Origin: Chrysemys picta bellii
Taxonomy: Eukaryota
Direction: 5' to 3'
NCBI RefSeq assembly: GCF_011386835.1
Contig: NC_088802.1
Location: forward strand, 57,412,001-57,476,000
DNA length: 64,000 bases
How positions within the stretch are numbered: the first letter of the stretch is position 1; each line of letters begins with the position of its first letter. A program made the translations under genes and the position numbers. This document shows, one piece after another, positions 36,141 to 49,809 of this stretch. The notes beneath the pieces were generated by a model. The model was not told where the DNA came from. It did no database searches and saw only the letters and a program-made list of their open reading frames with translations.

Positions 36141-37231
36141 GTAGGGGGGACTCATTGAGTGGCACGGCCAGCCCAGAGTGATAGGGAAGCAGAGCAACGG
36201 GTGTGGCCCTTTGGGGCAATACTGCACTTACAAGTGGCTGCTTGAGTGCTGGTAGCCGCTTGGGTTTTTCACTTCGCAGCCTGACTGTTGCAGTGGCAGT
36301 TTTTTTCACAGGGTTTCATGCTGGTGGCGAGGCTGGTTGTTCAGGAATGTTGCTGACCCGTGGGGAATGCAGAAAGTACCCTTACAGGCCACTGCTGTCA
36401 TGACCAGGACACTGGGACTGGACTAGGAAGCCCATTTGGGGTTCCCATCCACTGCCATACTCAAGCAGGGCTTTCTGTGTGTCCAAGGTCCAAACCATTG
36501 CTCCTGCCTGACCCTTCCCTTTGTTGTAGATGGGGAGGTGTAAGTGGTGGTGCAGTTAGCGCAGTTAGTGGAGCGAAGTGGCAGACAGGACATGGCTGCT
36601 GGTGATAGAATGGAAGGAGCCGCTCTCCCATAGAGAGAGGCTCCCGCTGTCTGAATGCACTCTGCCTAGTGGCAGCTGAAGCACTCACAGCACAGGGTGA
36701 AGGGAAGCAGAGAGCAAGCACAGGCCTACTATGAGGCCATAAAGCAGGAGCTGGCAGCTCCATTGTGGGAGGGGTGGACTCCACAGGCATCATGCAACAC
36801 CCACAGGACAATATAATACACTGGACCAATGGTCAACAGCCTCAGCAAGCAGAGGCTCATGGGGAGAAGGTAACAGAACCACAGCCTGTCAGCTGCTGCA
36901 CTGTGAACTGCTCCATGCGATATGCTGAGGGGTGACCATTTCAGGGAGGAGTCCAGCATCTGCCTCCGACAAGCAGTGCTGGTGCTCCTTCCACACACTG
37001 TGGCACAGGGACTGTTCAGTTACTGATTAATGCACATGCCACTAGCTTTACTTTTAATTTAACTTATTGCTAGAAATAAAGGGCCATTTCTGATGCTGTC
37101 TAACTCAGCTATTGGCTTGTGAGGAGAATGAGAGCTGCTCTACATTTTGGTCAATGCTTCAAACAGGTGTTTGGCAACACTGCACAAACTAACTGGGAAG
37201 GCAAGAGGATGCTCTAGTATTTTAGCCTCTT

Positions 37232-37507
37232 AGGATAGAACCAGAAACAATGGGTTTAAACTGCAGCAAGGGAGGTCTAGGTTGGACATTAGGAAAAAGT
37301 TCCTAACTGTCAGGGTGGTTAAACACTGGAATAAATTGCCTAGGGAGGTTGTGGAATCTCCGTCTCTGGAGATATTTAAGAGTAGGTTAGATAAATGTCT
37401 ATCAGGGATGGTCTAGACAGTATTTGGTCCTGCCACGCGGGCAGGGGACTGGACTCGATGACCTCTCGAGGTCCCTTCCAGTCCTATAATCTATGATTCT
37501 ATGATTT
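37232..37507 (+). mobile_element. CR1 LINE 3' end
   Basis: Encodes the ORF2 C-terminus [60 protein letters not shown]; ends in (ATTCTATG)-type repeats. Confidence 0.92.
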
Positions 37508-37871
37508 TTAAGCCCCTCCGCTCACTCAAGTTTATTTTTATCTAGCAGTAATGAGAGTGCAGGTCTGGGAACACCATTTACTGTACTGCTTCTCAACCCT
37601 ATTCCTCCCTCCCAGGACCCCAAAACTGCCTAAATCCCACAATTCTTTGCAGCCCTTTGGGGGTTGAAGCAAGAAATCACAGGTGGCTTTTGCATTGGCA
37701 GAAGTTTTGGGGGCTGGTGGATGTTGGGTAGGAACTACGTTTGACACAAGGCAATAGTTGCGGGGCGTGCGAGGCTCAGGGCAGGTTGCTGGTGTTGAGT
37801 GTTAGAGATTTACTGCATATATTGCTATTGATGTCAGGGAACTTAACAGAGGACACTGAAAACCTGGCCCA

Positions 37872-37877
37872 CCTTTA
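37872..37877 (-). terminator. Candidate RFNG poly(A) signal (implies about 2.7 kb 3'UTR)
   Basis: TTTATT on plus in an AT-rich patch downstream of the RFNG stop. Confidence 0.4.
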
Positions 37878-40551
37878 AATATTTATTTAATTAAAAGAAA
37901 ACACTTTAGATGAGAGATACCAGTTTGCCTGGAACACTCCCATCTTATGGCAGCCACAGCTACCATATTAGAAACATTTATGAAAAACCTTAAAAGGAGC
38001 CCAAACAACGGCTTGTTAAAGGCCAGTGCTCTGCACTGCCATCCAGGAGGCATGCATTTCTTTTCCAAGCCCAGCCCATAGGCCTTTCAGCTGTGGGCAT
38101 GCCAAAGAGGTAGCATGCTCAGCCCTGGGAATCAGGAAGAGTATGGGACCAAACTTTTAAGACTCCGTCCTGGTGCTACTGAAATCAATATGAGTTTTGC
38201 CATTGACTTGAATAGTAGTAGGATCAGGCCTTAGTCTTAACTGATTTGTCACATGTGGTATATCTGGCAAGATGCAATTCCAGGGCAGTCCGTGGACCAG
38301 GAACAGATGCTGCAGTAAAGAAGCAGTTAATCAGCATTCAGAGGCACAGAGTCCCATTAATGACTCGTTAATTTATGGAATTCTTTGCCACAGGAAGACA
38401 GGCATTGAGGCCAAGTACTGAAGATTCAAAAAGGATTGGATATTTATATGGCTATCAAGAATATCCAGTTGTAATTAATGACAAAATTAAACTTCAGGCT
38501 GAAGGGATCAGGAGGAGACCTAAGGTGCAGGCAGGTTATTCCACATGCCTACTGCAGGGTTCTTATGGCATCTTCTGTAGCATTTGGTTCTGGCCACTGT
38601 CTGAGAAAAGAGGCTGGGCTAGATGGACCACTGATCTGATGAAGTCTGGCAATTCCAGTGTTCCCAGCCTGGCCTCTTGGCCAAAGAATGGAGTTAGTGC
38701 CACATCAGGAAGCATGAAGGAGGGCAAAGAAGGGTCACAACATCTGAGAAGTCAGAGAGAAAGACTCAGGATTGTGACAGCTAGAAGGCCTGGACCTTAT
38801 CCCTCAATAGAATTAGTCTCTCTAGAAAGCAGCAAAATATGCATGGATAAACCCTAAAGGGTCTTTGTTAGGGAGAGTTGTGTAACTCTTTCTGAAGAGG
38901 ATTATTCCCAACTCCATGAAGTCTCATGACTGCATACCTGAGAGGTGTGCCTATATACTCTACCCACTTTACAAATGGGAGAGGTCACATGACTCACCCA
39001 CGGCCACACAGTGCATTGGTGGCAGAGATGGAATTAGAAACCAAGAGTTCCTTCCTGACAGCTCCATGCTCAGGTCACAGTGCTTGGAATTACAATTTGC
39101 CAATATGTAATTCTGCTGCTTTCCCCCCATTTCAGTGTTAGTCATTAGGAACAGGAACCAATGAAGATCTTGTGAAAGGCCCATTAGACTAAGGGAGGGT
39201 CTTGCAAAGTAATTTTTGACACTGCTCTTTCTAACCATGCCAGCAATGGAGTGTGCAAGCCTCAGTGTGGACTATGAGAAAAACAACAGACTTTTGGAGT
39301 CCCTTCTTTCCCCACGCCAAAACCAAACTCCTTTTCCTTTGCAGAGCACTGGCAAATCCTACAGCAGAAGCTCTGCAGACAACAGGCTGAGCCCCTCACT
39401 TGGAGGGAGTGCGCAAGCCTTTCTTCTGCCGCATCTCTTGCTGGCTGGCTTGCAGAGGAAAAGCGAACACAGATCTTCCCCAGGCCTGAAGCTCAAAGGT
39501 CCATTTATGGCCTGGGTGATCACACCAGTCCAGTCAAAGGCCCCAAATGACAACACCTCAGGGCACTGCAGCTAACCCAGGTTTCTCCTCCCACATAGGC
39601 TGGGATGCAGTAAGACTGCAGAAGCAGGAAGGAGGCTGCAGGCTGTTTTAGCGATCCAGGATCAGATGCCAACCAGGGACCATGCTGTGGATTACACTGG
39701 GAGGAGGGACCTAATAGTATTCTCACAAACATCTCTCTCAGTATCAAACTGCCAGGAAATAGTATGAGCCAAGACCAAGCACCTTTGGATCTGCAGCCCA
39801 TCATGGAAAATCACCATCTTCCAACCAGAAAGAGAGCCAAGTGTGCTATCCTCACGGAAACCAGACTCAAAAGACCAGGGGGGCTAAAGGAGAGAAGATA
39901 TGCGGTTCTGATGTGGTCCTCAGCCTGTCATGCAGGGCAGACTGGCATAATTTTGTTCTTGGTAAACACATCTCTGCCTGACTGGAAGTGCAGATGTTTC
40001 AGCTAGATTCCTGCACAGCTCAAGACATTGGGACAAGAACAAATAAACTGGAGAAGTTCCTGAATCATTCTTCCTCCAAGGGAGCCAAATTAAAAATCCC
40101 TCCCTCCCCACCATGGGCTCTATACTCTGCCCTGGCATCTCAGCAGCATGACTGGGGACTGATCCCTAGAAGCCCTATTCAGAACACTAGTTCCAGTGCT
40201 ATGATTCCAGGCACTGCATTGCACGCTGTATTTGTTAGGTACAAACACGTGTGATAGCCACAGAGCTTTTAACTAGCAAAGCATGGATAAAACCAGACAA
40301 GAAGTAGGAGGGGGCCTATGCTTAAACTTAGAGACATTATATGAATTGCTGGAAGACCAGAGGGCAAAGCGTAGGAGAGTTTCTTCCTTGGGATATTTCA
40401 GACAGCAGCTGATGAGGCCTCACACTCCTGCCATGGGAATGAAGTGATCAGGGGATCTTACTTTTGTAGATTTTTCTTGTTCATCTCCAAGAAAAGCATC
40501 CTGTCCAATCTTGTGCAGGTAAGATACCAAATGGCAAGGTTAGGTCTGAGG

Positions 40552-43500
40552 TCACAGTATATTTTTAGTGGGACACCAGGTAGTGTCAGGGTAGAGAAGA
40601 CAATGGACAGATCTGAATCTGTGAAAAGAGAAAGATGAGAGGACAACATGAGACATGAGCTCATCAGTTTGGGGACACCTCAGCCAAAACTCTTGGAATG
40701 TTCATGCATCCCAAAACTGCAGGGAAATTGGCCATAACCCAATTGGAGTGTGGAGGCAATATAAGAAATGCTGACCCAGCTTGGGTGCTTGAGTTTTCTG
40801 CAGTGTGTAGGTATGGACAGGGCAAGCAGAATTTATTTTGGAAGCAGGTACTCACCGGGTTGGATCTTGCTGCAAGCCAAACACTCCTGCCACACTCACA
40901 ACATTGTGTTTGTTCTCAGGGCCCCCGTAACTCAGGGTGACCTGAAAAAGCAAACGTAAAGTCAGAACCTGCAACATAGCAGAGAGTGACTGAGTGGAAG
41001 AGGTCTTAATGAGGGATAAGGAGGAGGATCTAAAGGGAAAGGGACATCCTAGGTGATCTGGGTGTCAGAAGTTACACATAAAAGGTGATAGTTAGCTTTG
41101 TCATAATGGTTCACTTAGGATAGAAGCCTTTTGAGAGAACCTGCTGACTATCCAAAGCAGAACAGGAAGAAGAAATCAGACAGAGTGAGGGAGACAAGAA
41201 AAGCTTAGATAAGCAGCCTTGGAAAACCATTCTTCCATACGGAGGCTGCATTACATATTTCCTAAATCTAAAGCCTAAGAGTTCAGTTCTCTGATAATCT
41301 TTAGGAACAACAAGATTTTCTGATTAGCTGTTAAAGTTAATATCAGGAGAAAGGGCGATCACAAAGGAAGGGCCAGATTCATCACCGCTTACTTCTGGTG
41401 TGATTACACCAGATCTGAATGTGGCCCTGAAAGTGCATTTTTATTGCCTAATAAAACTGTTAGAACAATTTGAATGGGTGTTCTGTGGGTGGGAACCTGT
41501 GTTCTTGTTTAGGGTGTACGTGGATAAGTAGTGGAGGAATTTTAGTTTGGGGCAGCTTTACAGCACCACCTATTGTCCATCAAAGAAAATGCTGTAGAAG
41601 TAATTATTTTAAAACAAGCTTATGTAATTTCGTGTGCCTCAGGACTGGAAAGGAAGAAGACAGAGGTGGCAAGGTAACAGCATGGCTGGGGCTGGAAGGG
41701 ACAGTCAAAGAAGGGGAGAACTAAAGGTGACCCAGCTGGCCAGGACGGAAATGTGCCTGTTATCCAAATGCAGGAGGTGGACATGGGACTGCCCTGGTCA
41801 ACTACATAAGCAGCTTTGTGTAATGGTGAAATTACATGCCTGATACCATCTGCCTTTCCTGAAAACCAGGGAGAAGGTAGCTGCACCTGCAGAGATGATT
41901 TCTTTTGATCAGACTGAGGAGCGTCTCAAAGGTCTGGGCCTGCTCTGAGCAAGGCACAAGGCTTTGCCTCACCTGCTGCAGCACTGACTCGCCTCGTAGT
42001 CTCTGCAGATTCTCCAGATGAGAATGGAACAAGGGGCTGTGCAGCAGCTTCACCTCCAGCAGCCCCTCAATGATGTAACCGATGGTGCAGTCATCAGGGA
42101 GACGCACCCTCTCTGCAGTGCTGATGAAGTTACCCAAGCTGTCAGGAGAGAGGATGGAGTTGGAGAGTCAAATGCATGCTTAATCCTATCAAAGCCATGG
42201 GGTCTCTGCTACTGAGGTGCATTTACCTGGCCCAGGGACTCATCTTCAGGGCAAGGCCCCTGCTAATACAGAACCCTGCTCCACCTGTGGCAAACCAGAA
42301 CTTCACAGTTGTCTAGTGAACAGCAAAAGCAACAAGAAAAAAAAGAGACACTTGTTAATGATACTCAGCTTTTCCTATCTGCCTGGGTAGGGAAAAGGAT
42401 CTTCTGATCTGCAGCATATTGGACACATGATCTGAGCAAATATCTGGACTTTGGGCTACCCCTGCCGCTTTGAACTCCTGGAAGCTAGACATTCTCTCAT
42501 AAGGCAACTCTTACCACCTTGCAGCTGCCACCACAGGGCCAGTGGAGTCTGAGTGAAACAGGGAGCACACAGGGAATGGAAAACCAGAGTCCCAATGGAG
42601 AACTGAGGAGAAGCCCAACTCCCCTGTGCAACCCTCTGTATGGTGATTCTGCCCTCCAGAGTCATAGCCCGGAACAAGCTTCTCTGGGGAAATAAGAGGA
42701 GCCCTGCTGGAGCCAAGTGATTAAGGCTGAGGAGACTACTTAATCATGCAGGGTTTTTCATAACAGGCCAGTTCACCTGGATGCATTGCCAGGAAATGTA
42801 TCTGCTGGCCTGGCAACTTGGTACTTGCGCCTCAAGATAGAGATGCTCATGTATCTTGTGACTGAGACACACTGGGGTGCCAGGGAAATGATTGCTCACT
42901 ACTGGAAGTGACCAGTCACAGAGCGATTGTCTAATCTCCTGAGGTTAGCTCAGGATGGCAGCAGATGAAGTACTGAGATGTTACTTTCTAGGATAGAAAG
43001 CCTGACATTCAGAGGACTCTACAGTTTTGATTGGACTTTTCCTGCCTATGCTGATTGGCTGTCTGCTCCAGCCCTCTCCCTCCCCCCTTCTCCTCCCTTA
43101 ATCTCCTCATATTAGCTTCATACCACACTTGTCCCTCTTACCCTCTTCTTCCCTGACCTGTTCCCTTCCTCTTCCCTGCCCTTCAGTGTCCCCTCTCCCT
43201 TCACCTTTATTTCCATTTCACAGATTCCCTCCTAACTATCTCCCCCCAAAAAAGCCATTGAACTAACATGATGTTTGCTGCCACCACATTGTTCACTCTA
43301 CTTCTGTGTTCTACCCCTTCCCCCACCCCCTGTCTGTCTCATCTGTTTTGACTGTAGGCTCTTTGGGGGCAGGGGCTGGCTACTACTGCTGTGTTTGTAC
43401 AGTGCCTAGCACAACGGGGTCCTATTCTTGGTTGGTATATATAGGCATTACTGTAAAAACGTGATTAATAATCATAAGTAAAAGAGGATCAAAATGAAGG

Positions 43501-46500
43501 CTCCCAGAACTGAATGGCGATAACTGCAGAAACTGACCTGGCTGAGGGGTTCTAAGGGAGCATTCCTCACACCCAAATGTTGAAGTAGGGGGAGCCTGTT
43601 CTCCCACAGCTACCCGTGAAGGGAGAAGAATCCCTGTTCAGCTCACAAGACCATTTGTAAATTGCAAATTAACTCAGAGGTTTTGTACATGGGATCTTGT
43701 GAACTGTTCGCTCAGAGGCTGCGGGAGGGGGGCAGAAGGGACAGTTACAGAGCATGCTTACTGATCCATCACTCCGGACATGGTCAGCTGCCTCAATGGG
43801 GTGGTCCAGGCTTGGCCTCCCCACATATACATCCTGGCTGTGTGAGAAGGCAGACAAGAGGCGCAGGAGATTCTGTGGATTCACATAGTTGTCATCATCC
43901 ACATGGCAAAACCATCTGCAGACAAAGCAGGGCAGACACAGTCACACAGCCGAGGCACTGAGGAAGCGATGTAAAGTTTCTATGTACTGAGTTCTCTACA
44001 GTGAAGATTTTAGTCTCTCAGATTTGGGGCAAAGCGACTGGAAAAAAAAGGCCCTCAGACTGAAAATGCAAAAGTTAGAAGCCAAAGCTGCCAATACTTC
44101 TCAACTCTAGGAGAGAGGCTGAAGTCAGTAGGCCGCTTGTGAGCTCTTCCTCCCTATAGCCTTTTACCTGACTCTTGTCTAGAAGTGCTTCTCTTTCTGC
44201 TGCTACCCCTTCCCTATGCTCATCACCACCACCCTCTGGGATCACAGCCTGGATCATGCTCACTCACTACTAGAACTAGAAAGGAGAATGTTGGGACCTC
44301 CCTGGAACTCAGAATTGGAGTGAACAAAGCTACATTTGGAACAATGAGTCTCACATACTTTCTCCCAGATTCGAGGAATTTATCGTATTCCACAGACATC
44401 TTGCAGCAGAGTGCCTGGCGGGTGTGAACAGCAGAGCAGTTGGTGTTGATCATGTGATCTCCTAAGGAAATGAAGGTCAAAATGGTCAAGATTGGGGTGA
44501 ATGCATAATCTGGGAGAGACAGCATGTGCACCTCTGGAGCACGAACCTGAAACATGGACATGGTGCACATGCATTGCACATGTAGAGAGCTGCATTTAGG
44601 GTGTGTGGTGCTTACAGAGTGAGCATGTAGCACATAGGGTGAAGAGCACATGAATATGGAGCCAGACAGCAGGGAAGATGAGCCATGTACAGGGACAGTG
44701 CGCAAGGGGGCTCGTGTACATTAACCCTCAAACAGCTACACTGAAACTTACAAACAGAAAGGAAAAAAGTGAATGTGAAGATTAACCCAGTGAATGATGT
44801 CAATGAAGGTCCTACAAATCCGAATCAGGAAAGAAGGAAACAGCATTTCCCTCCTCCGAGCTTCCAGCTCCCTTTCACCAATCACATGCACAGCACAGAA
44901 TGAGGCTCCTCGAGGGAGAGGATGGCAGCAAGTCAGCATCCGTAGTCAAAGGAGCAAGTGTGCATTTGAACTACATGGCTTACCTGCTCTTAGGCGCAGT
45001 TCACGGTCCTCCCAATCTGTGAATATAAACGTCTGTGGGAGACACAAAGACATTAGGAAAAAAGGGGCTTCCCTTTCCAAAGATTTCAGAAATGGACCAA
45101 TTAATTTTAGCTTCACTCAGTCCCCAATTAGAATTGCTAGTAATTTATCTAGTTATTTTTCAGTGGCCATTGTGAAAAGAACTGGTGTTAACTTGGTCTG
45201 TTGCCTATTGGATTGGTTTCTACATCAGAAAACCCACCAGCACATTCAGTATTGACTGGATCCCTCACTGGCAATTTTAGCAGAGAATCCAAGACAGAAC
45301 TACCCTCCTGTCTCAGGGCAGGGCTGAGGCATCCCAAATTCAGGAACAAGCTGTTTTTCAGGAGTTTGTTCCTCTGCAATCTCCTCTTCCACCCCATCCT
45401 AAAAGATAGCACACCTGCTCGGCTGGATATTGCCCCAGATAGTCAATGGGCCTAGAGGAATCAACAGAATTCTGGGGAAGAATGAAAGTAAGGGAAAAAA
45501 AGATCCACTTGGTAGCAATGTCCTGCCCCCGACAGGTGGAGAAGATTCAAAACATCTGGATAGGATTTTGTTAATCTCCGCAAATGCATTGAAACTTCTA
45601 CATTAAGGGACAGATTCTATGCTACATCTCATACAAAGACCCAGTCACTGTACTGAAGAGCAGATCGTCTGAAAGTATTGGCTCAGACACATCAGCACTA
45701 GCATCAGGAATTGTGGATGACTATGCAATGGCTCCCTCCATTATACCAAGCTTGGCACATTTTCTCCGGCTGCAGCTTCTCTCTGGACCTGTAGCCTTTT
45801 AAGTGAATTTAGGGATGTTATCTTACACCACTGTGGATTCAGCTCTGGTTGCTAGTTTCAAGCTCAACAGAGTCTGCCTTGCAAGTTTTATTAGAGTCAC
45901 ACGCAAGGTTATAATTATCCAAGCATATATCAATCCCAAGAACACTCCTGCACAAGTTACAGACCCCAGGCCGCAAGAAGACAGATTGTGCATCCAGACT
46001 AATGTTCTACCACCTAGTAGCAGCTCATCTTACGCTTTTGGTCAGACGGACTATTTACAGGAACTCAGTTCCTAATCCTGCAGGAAGAACCTGTTTAATG
46101 AACTGGTAGGGAATACACAGAGTGAAATTGCAGCATGACCATGGAGGGCAGTGGGATTATGGCAGATCTTGAACCTGCAGTCACAGAGAGAGGGGCTCCC
46201 ACTATAATTGTCCTATCCTTGTGAGGAAGATCTCTCACCTGTCTTTTGGCCTGCGAAATCCAGGTTTGGAAGAGCAAGTCCAGCCTAGTTTTATGATACT
46301 TTCTTGTAGTTTTCACAGCAATAAAAATATCCTTCAGCTCCAGATTCTCCTTAGTGGAATCACCTGCAGGTCCATGGTGGTCCTTCAACATAGTTTGAAG
46401 AGGACTGGTGGGGCTCCCATCCTGCTCCTCAAGTTTAAGGCTGGATCCCCCAGCATGTAGGCTGTAATCCCCCCATTTTTCTACAGTTTCATCTTTCACA

Positions 46501-46736
46501 CTGTGTGCAATATCAGTTCCCTCACTGTCCAAATGGCCTGTTGAACTGGGCTCTGCCTGCGGGTGGTGGAACTCACTTTTGCAGGAAGCATTAAAAGGAG
46601 GTGGTGGACGGGGTTGTGGATAGCCCCTATGTCTCCAGGTAGTCTGGAATTTGGGGATTAGCAGGAGAAGGAAAGCACAGAAGGTCACGGACAGCAGGAA
46701 GCAGATTTTACTGAGCCCAATGCAGGAAAGTGTCAT
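40552..46736 (-). CDS. RFNG: Radical fringe beta-1,3-N-acetylglucosaminyltransferase, 8 coding exons, 402 aa
   Basis: Minus-strand exons 46736-46239, 45032-44984, 44461-44359, 43915-43762, 42312-42227, 42138-41973, 40941-40856, 40618-40552 (1209 nt). N-terminal TM ([16 protein letters not shown]), [19 protein letters not shown] (DxD), [37 protein letters not shown]. Head-to-head with GPS1. Confidence 0.96.
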
Positions 46737-47507
46737 TCTTCAGCCCCCAGGGCCCCTGCCATGTTGTACAGTTGGGACATTGCGTCACATAGAATGGATC
46801 ACAGCTCTGTAGGAGAGAATAGGAGAGGTTGAGGGCTCTGTGAGACAGACTTGCATCACAGTCTTGCTATATTTTGTTTACAAACCACGGAACCAGCAGA
46901 GCTGGGTGTGTTCTATGCCTGGAACATCTGCTTGCCTCTGCCCCATGAAACCTCACTTTCCTCTTTTACATGCTACCTCAAGACACTTCTTTTTCCCTAG
47001 TCACCCTTTCCCCAGTGCACATACATTGCGGTCCCTAGTCACCATAACCTCAGCACCACCCCAGTCATACTAACACCAACACCCACTCTCAGTTATAGGT
47101 ATTGCTGTATTGATAACGGTATCTCTGTCACTCTCTGACCTTGTTTCAAATCCCTTGCTTGCTGCTACAACAGTAGACCGTTAATTGTGTTTTGGGGTTT
47201 TGTATCAAGTTATTATTCACTTCCACTGTAACAGCTATCATTAAAAACGTAACTTTTTATTAAACACACACAAAAAGGAAAAACACTTAAAAGCATTTGA
47301 AATTTAAGGAGTTAAGTGAAATCTGTATTTAAAGAACTTCCCTTATTCTCTTTCTGTGTATAGTTTAAAGGGGGAAGTCCCTTGTTTGATCATCTTTTTA
47401 AGTAGTATTAAAGATGATTTTAACTGTCCATGTTGGGGACAAATGAACAAAAAAATCAGTTTAGACTGTCTTGATTTGTTCATAGTTAAACATTTTAAGT
47501 CCAGAAG

Positions 47508-47650
47508 GAACCATTATAATCCTCTGAGTCTAGTCTGATCTGCACAACACAGGCAAAAGAACCACACCTACTAATTTCTGCATCAAGATCATAGCTTTTA
47601 TTTGAGTCATGGCACATCTTTCAGAAAGACATCCAGTGTTCACTTAAAGT
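47508..47650 (-). mobile_element. Old CR1 LINE 3' fragment
   Basis: accattataatc..gtctagtctgatctgcacaacacaggc..ctttcagaaagacatccagtgttcacttaaag. Confidence 0.6.
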
Positions 47651-48714
47651 TGTTGCTGTTTCCTTCAAGACAAAACACACATGAAGAGAGAGAGAAAAAC
47701 TAGCAAAGGTAGAAAGTGCAGCTTCTATTTCAGTGGATTTTTTTGTTTGTAAATCAGTTGCTGGAAAGTTATAGTCACAGCATACTGTCTTATTAGATTG
47801 TCAGATTTAGCAAACTTTTACTATTTGGGCTAAGAACATTGTTTACAGTTTGCCTTTTCATTACAGTAGTGTTGCAAAAGATGGATTTGTCTTGGCTGGT
47901 TAAACCGGACTCTTATTAGATAGAAGACCAAAAGGAAATGATAAGAAAGAAAAAAGATGAAGAAGGAAGATGTCACCCAAGAGATGGTGTGGCAACAGGC
48001 AGTTCTGTTTCACATCCCATGTGGAGTTCAGGATTCAGCAGAACCAGATGTAGGTGCTGATGTCACTGATTTCCTCTTTTTCAAGGTATATGTTATTGCC
48101 CCAAGCAGGTGGCAACAGCCATGACTGTAAACCTTGCTCTTCACCTGCAAGCTGTTCCATCCACAGGTTCCTAAACAAGTTGTCAAGTGACCCCTGGAAA
48201 AGCACCATCCAGAAAGGTGCAGCAACCTTTCCTCATTAAAATTACTCAGTTAAAACATATTTACAGTGATTCCAACTATAAACTGTTTTCCTTGTTTCCT
48301 TCTATTTCTAGACTACTTCAGCTGGTTGTTATGCCAACTTGAGACCTCCCCAAAAGTATCAACCCCCCTATTAAACACATTCAGGTTGTGTCAGTCTTTT
48401 TGTTTCACTTTTTGCTTGATCTACAAATATTACAGAAGAGGCTGAGCTGGACTCATTTTACCTTTCATCTGTTTGGGTGGCTTGGGACATTGGCCTCGGG
48501 ACAAGCGTCCTCTACTCTCGGGTCAGATCTGTGTCTCTGAGAACCCGTGGGCTCCTCGGGGCTGGAGCTGCGGCACCGGCCTGTGCATTGCAGGGCGCTC
48601 CCCGTGCTCTCGCTGTCCAGGATGGGCACAGCAAGCACCCAGACAGACAGAATATGGAACAGTGATGCAGGTCACCCTTGGTGCCCTGGGGAAGGCACTG
48701 TGGGTTAAGACAGG

Positions 48715-49700
48715 CACGGGGGGCACTGCACGTGGGGCGGGTGATGTCCCGGGGGGCACTTCGCGTGGGGGATCACGTGGGGTGAGGGGGATGTCCTGAG
48801 CGCGGGGGGCACTGCACCTGGGGCGGGGGATGTGCTGGGGGGCACTGCACGTGGGGGATCACGTGGGGTGGGGGATGACCTGGGCATGGGGGGCACTGCA
48901 CGTGGGGTGCGGGATGTCCCAGGGGGCACTGCACTCGGTGGGTCTCGTGGGTACCCAGGAGGGCACTGCACGTGGGGTGCGGGATGTCACGGGGGACACT
49001 GCACGTGGGGGATGTTCCAGGGGGCACTACACGCGGGATGCGGGATGTTCTGGGGGGCACTGCACGTGGGGTGGGAGATGTCACGGTGGGCACTGCACAT
49101 GGGGGATCATGTGGGGCGCGGGATATCCCGGGGTCAGTAGGTCTCGTGGGTACCCAGGAGGGCACTGCACGTGGGGTGCGGGATGTCCTGGGGGGGCACT
49201 GCACGTGGGGGATGTTCCAGGGGGCACTGCACGCGGGATGTCCTGGGGGGCACTGCACGTGGGGGATGTTCCAGGGGGCACTGCACGCAGGACGTGGGAT
49301 GTTCTGGGGGGCACTGCACGTGGGGTGCGGGATGTCCCGGGGGGCACTGCACGCGGGATGTGGGATGTTCTGGGGGGCACTGCACGCGGGATGTGGGATG
49401 TTCTGGGGGGCACTGCACGTGGGGTGCGGGATGTCCCGGGGGGCACCGCACGTGGGGGATCACGCGGGGTGCGGGATGTCCCGGGGGGCACTGCACGTGG
49501 GGTGCGGGATGTCCCGGGGGGCACTGCACGCGGGATGCGGGATGTCCCGGGGGGGCACTGCACGCGGGATGTGGGATGTTCTGGGGGGCACTGCACGTGG
49601 GGTGCGGGATGTCCCGGGGGGCACTGCACGCGGGGTGCGGGATGTCCCGGGGGGCACTGCACGTGGGGGATCACGCGGGATGTCCCGGGGGGCACTGCAG
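48715..49700. repeat. E-box-containing minisatellite next to the RFNG/GPS1 promoter (about 33-bp unit)
   Basis: Unit gggggcactgcacg(t/c)ggggtgcgggatgtcccg. Confidence 0.92.
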
Positions 49701-49809
49701 ATTTGGAGGTATCAGGAACGTCCCCCACCTCACGATGGTCACTTCGGGCCAGACCGTGGCTTCTCCCAGCAGCTGCCCGCCCGCTCTCGGGTGGCGTCGC
49801 TTCCCTTAC

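Noticed and set aside
36690-36830. Short peptide QAQAYYEAIKQELA resembling Gypsy gag/SCAN-like sequence
   Set aside because: Too short, bounded by stops, no flanking retroelement features; needs an HMM search.
38375-38857. 160-aa plus-strand ORF
   Set aside because: No recognisable domain or splice context; overlaps a CR1 3' remnant (about 38586-38655) and lies antisense in the probable RFNG 3'UTR.
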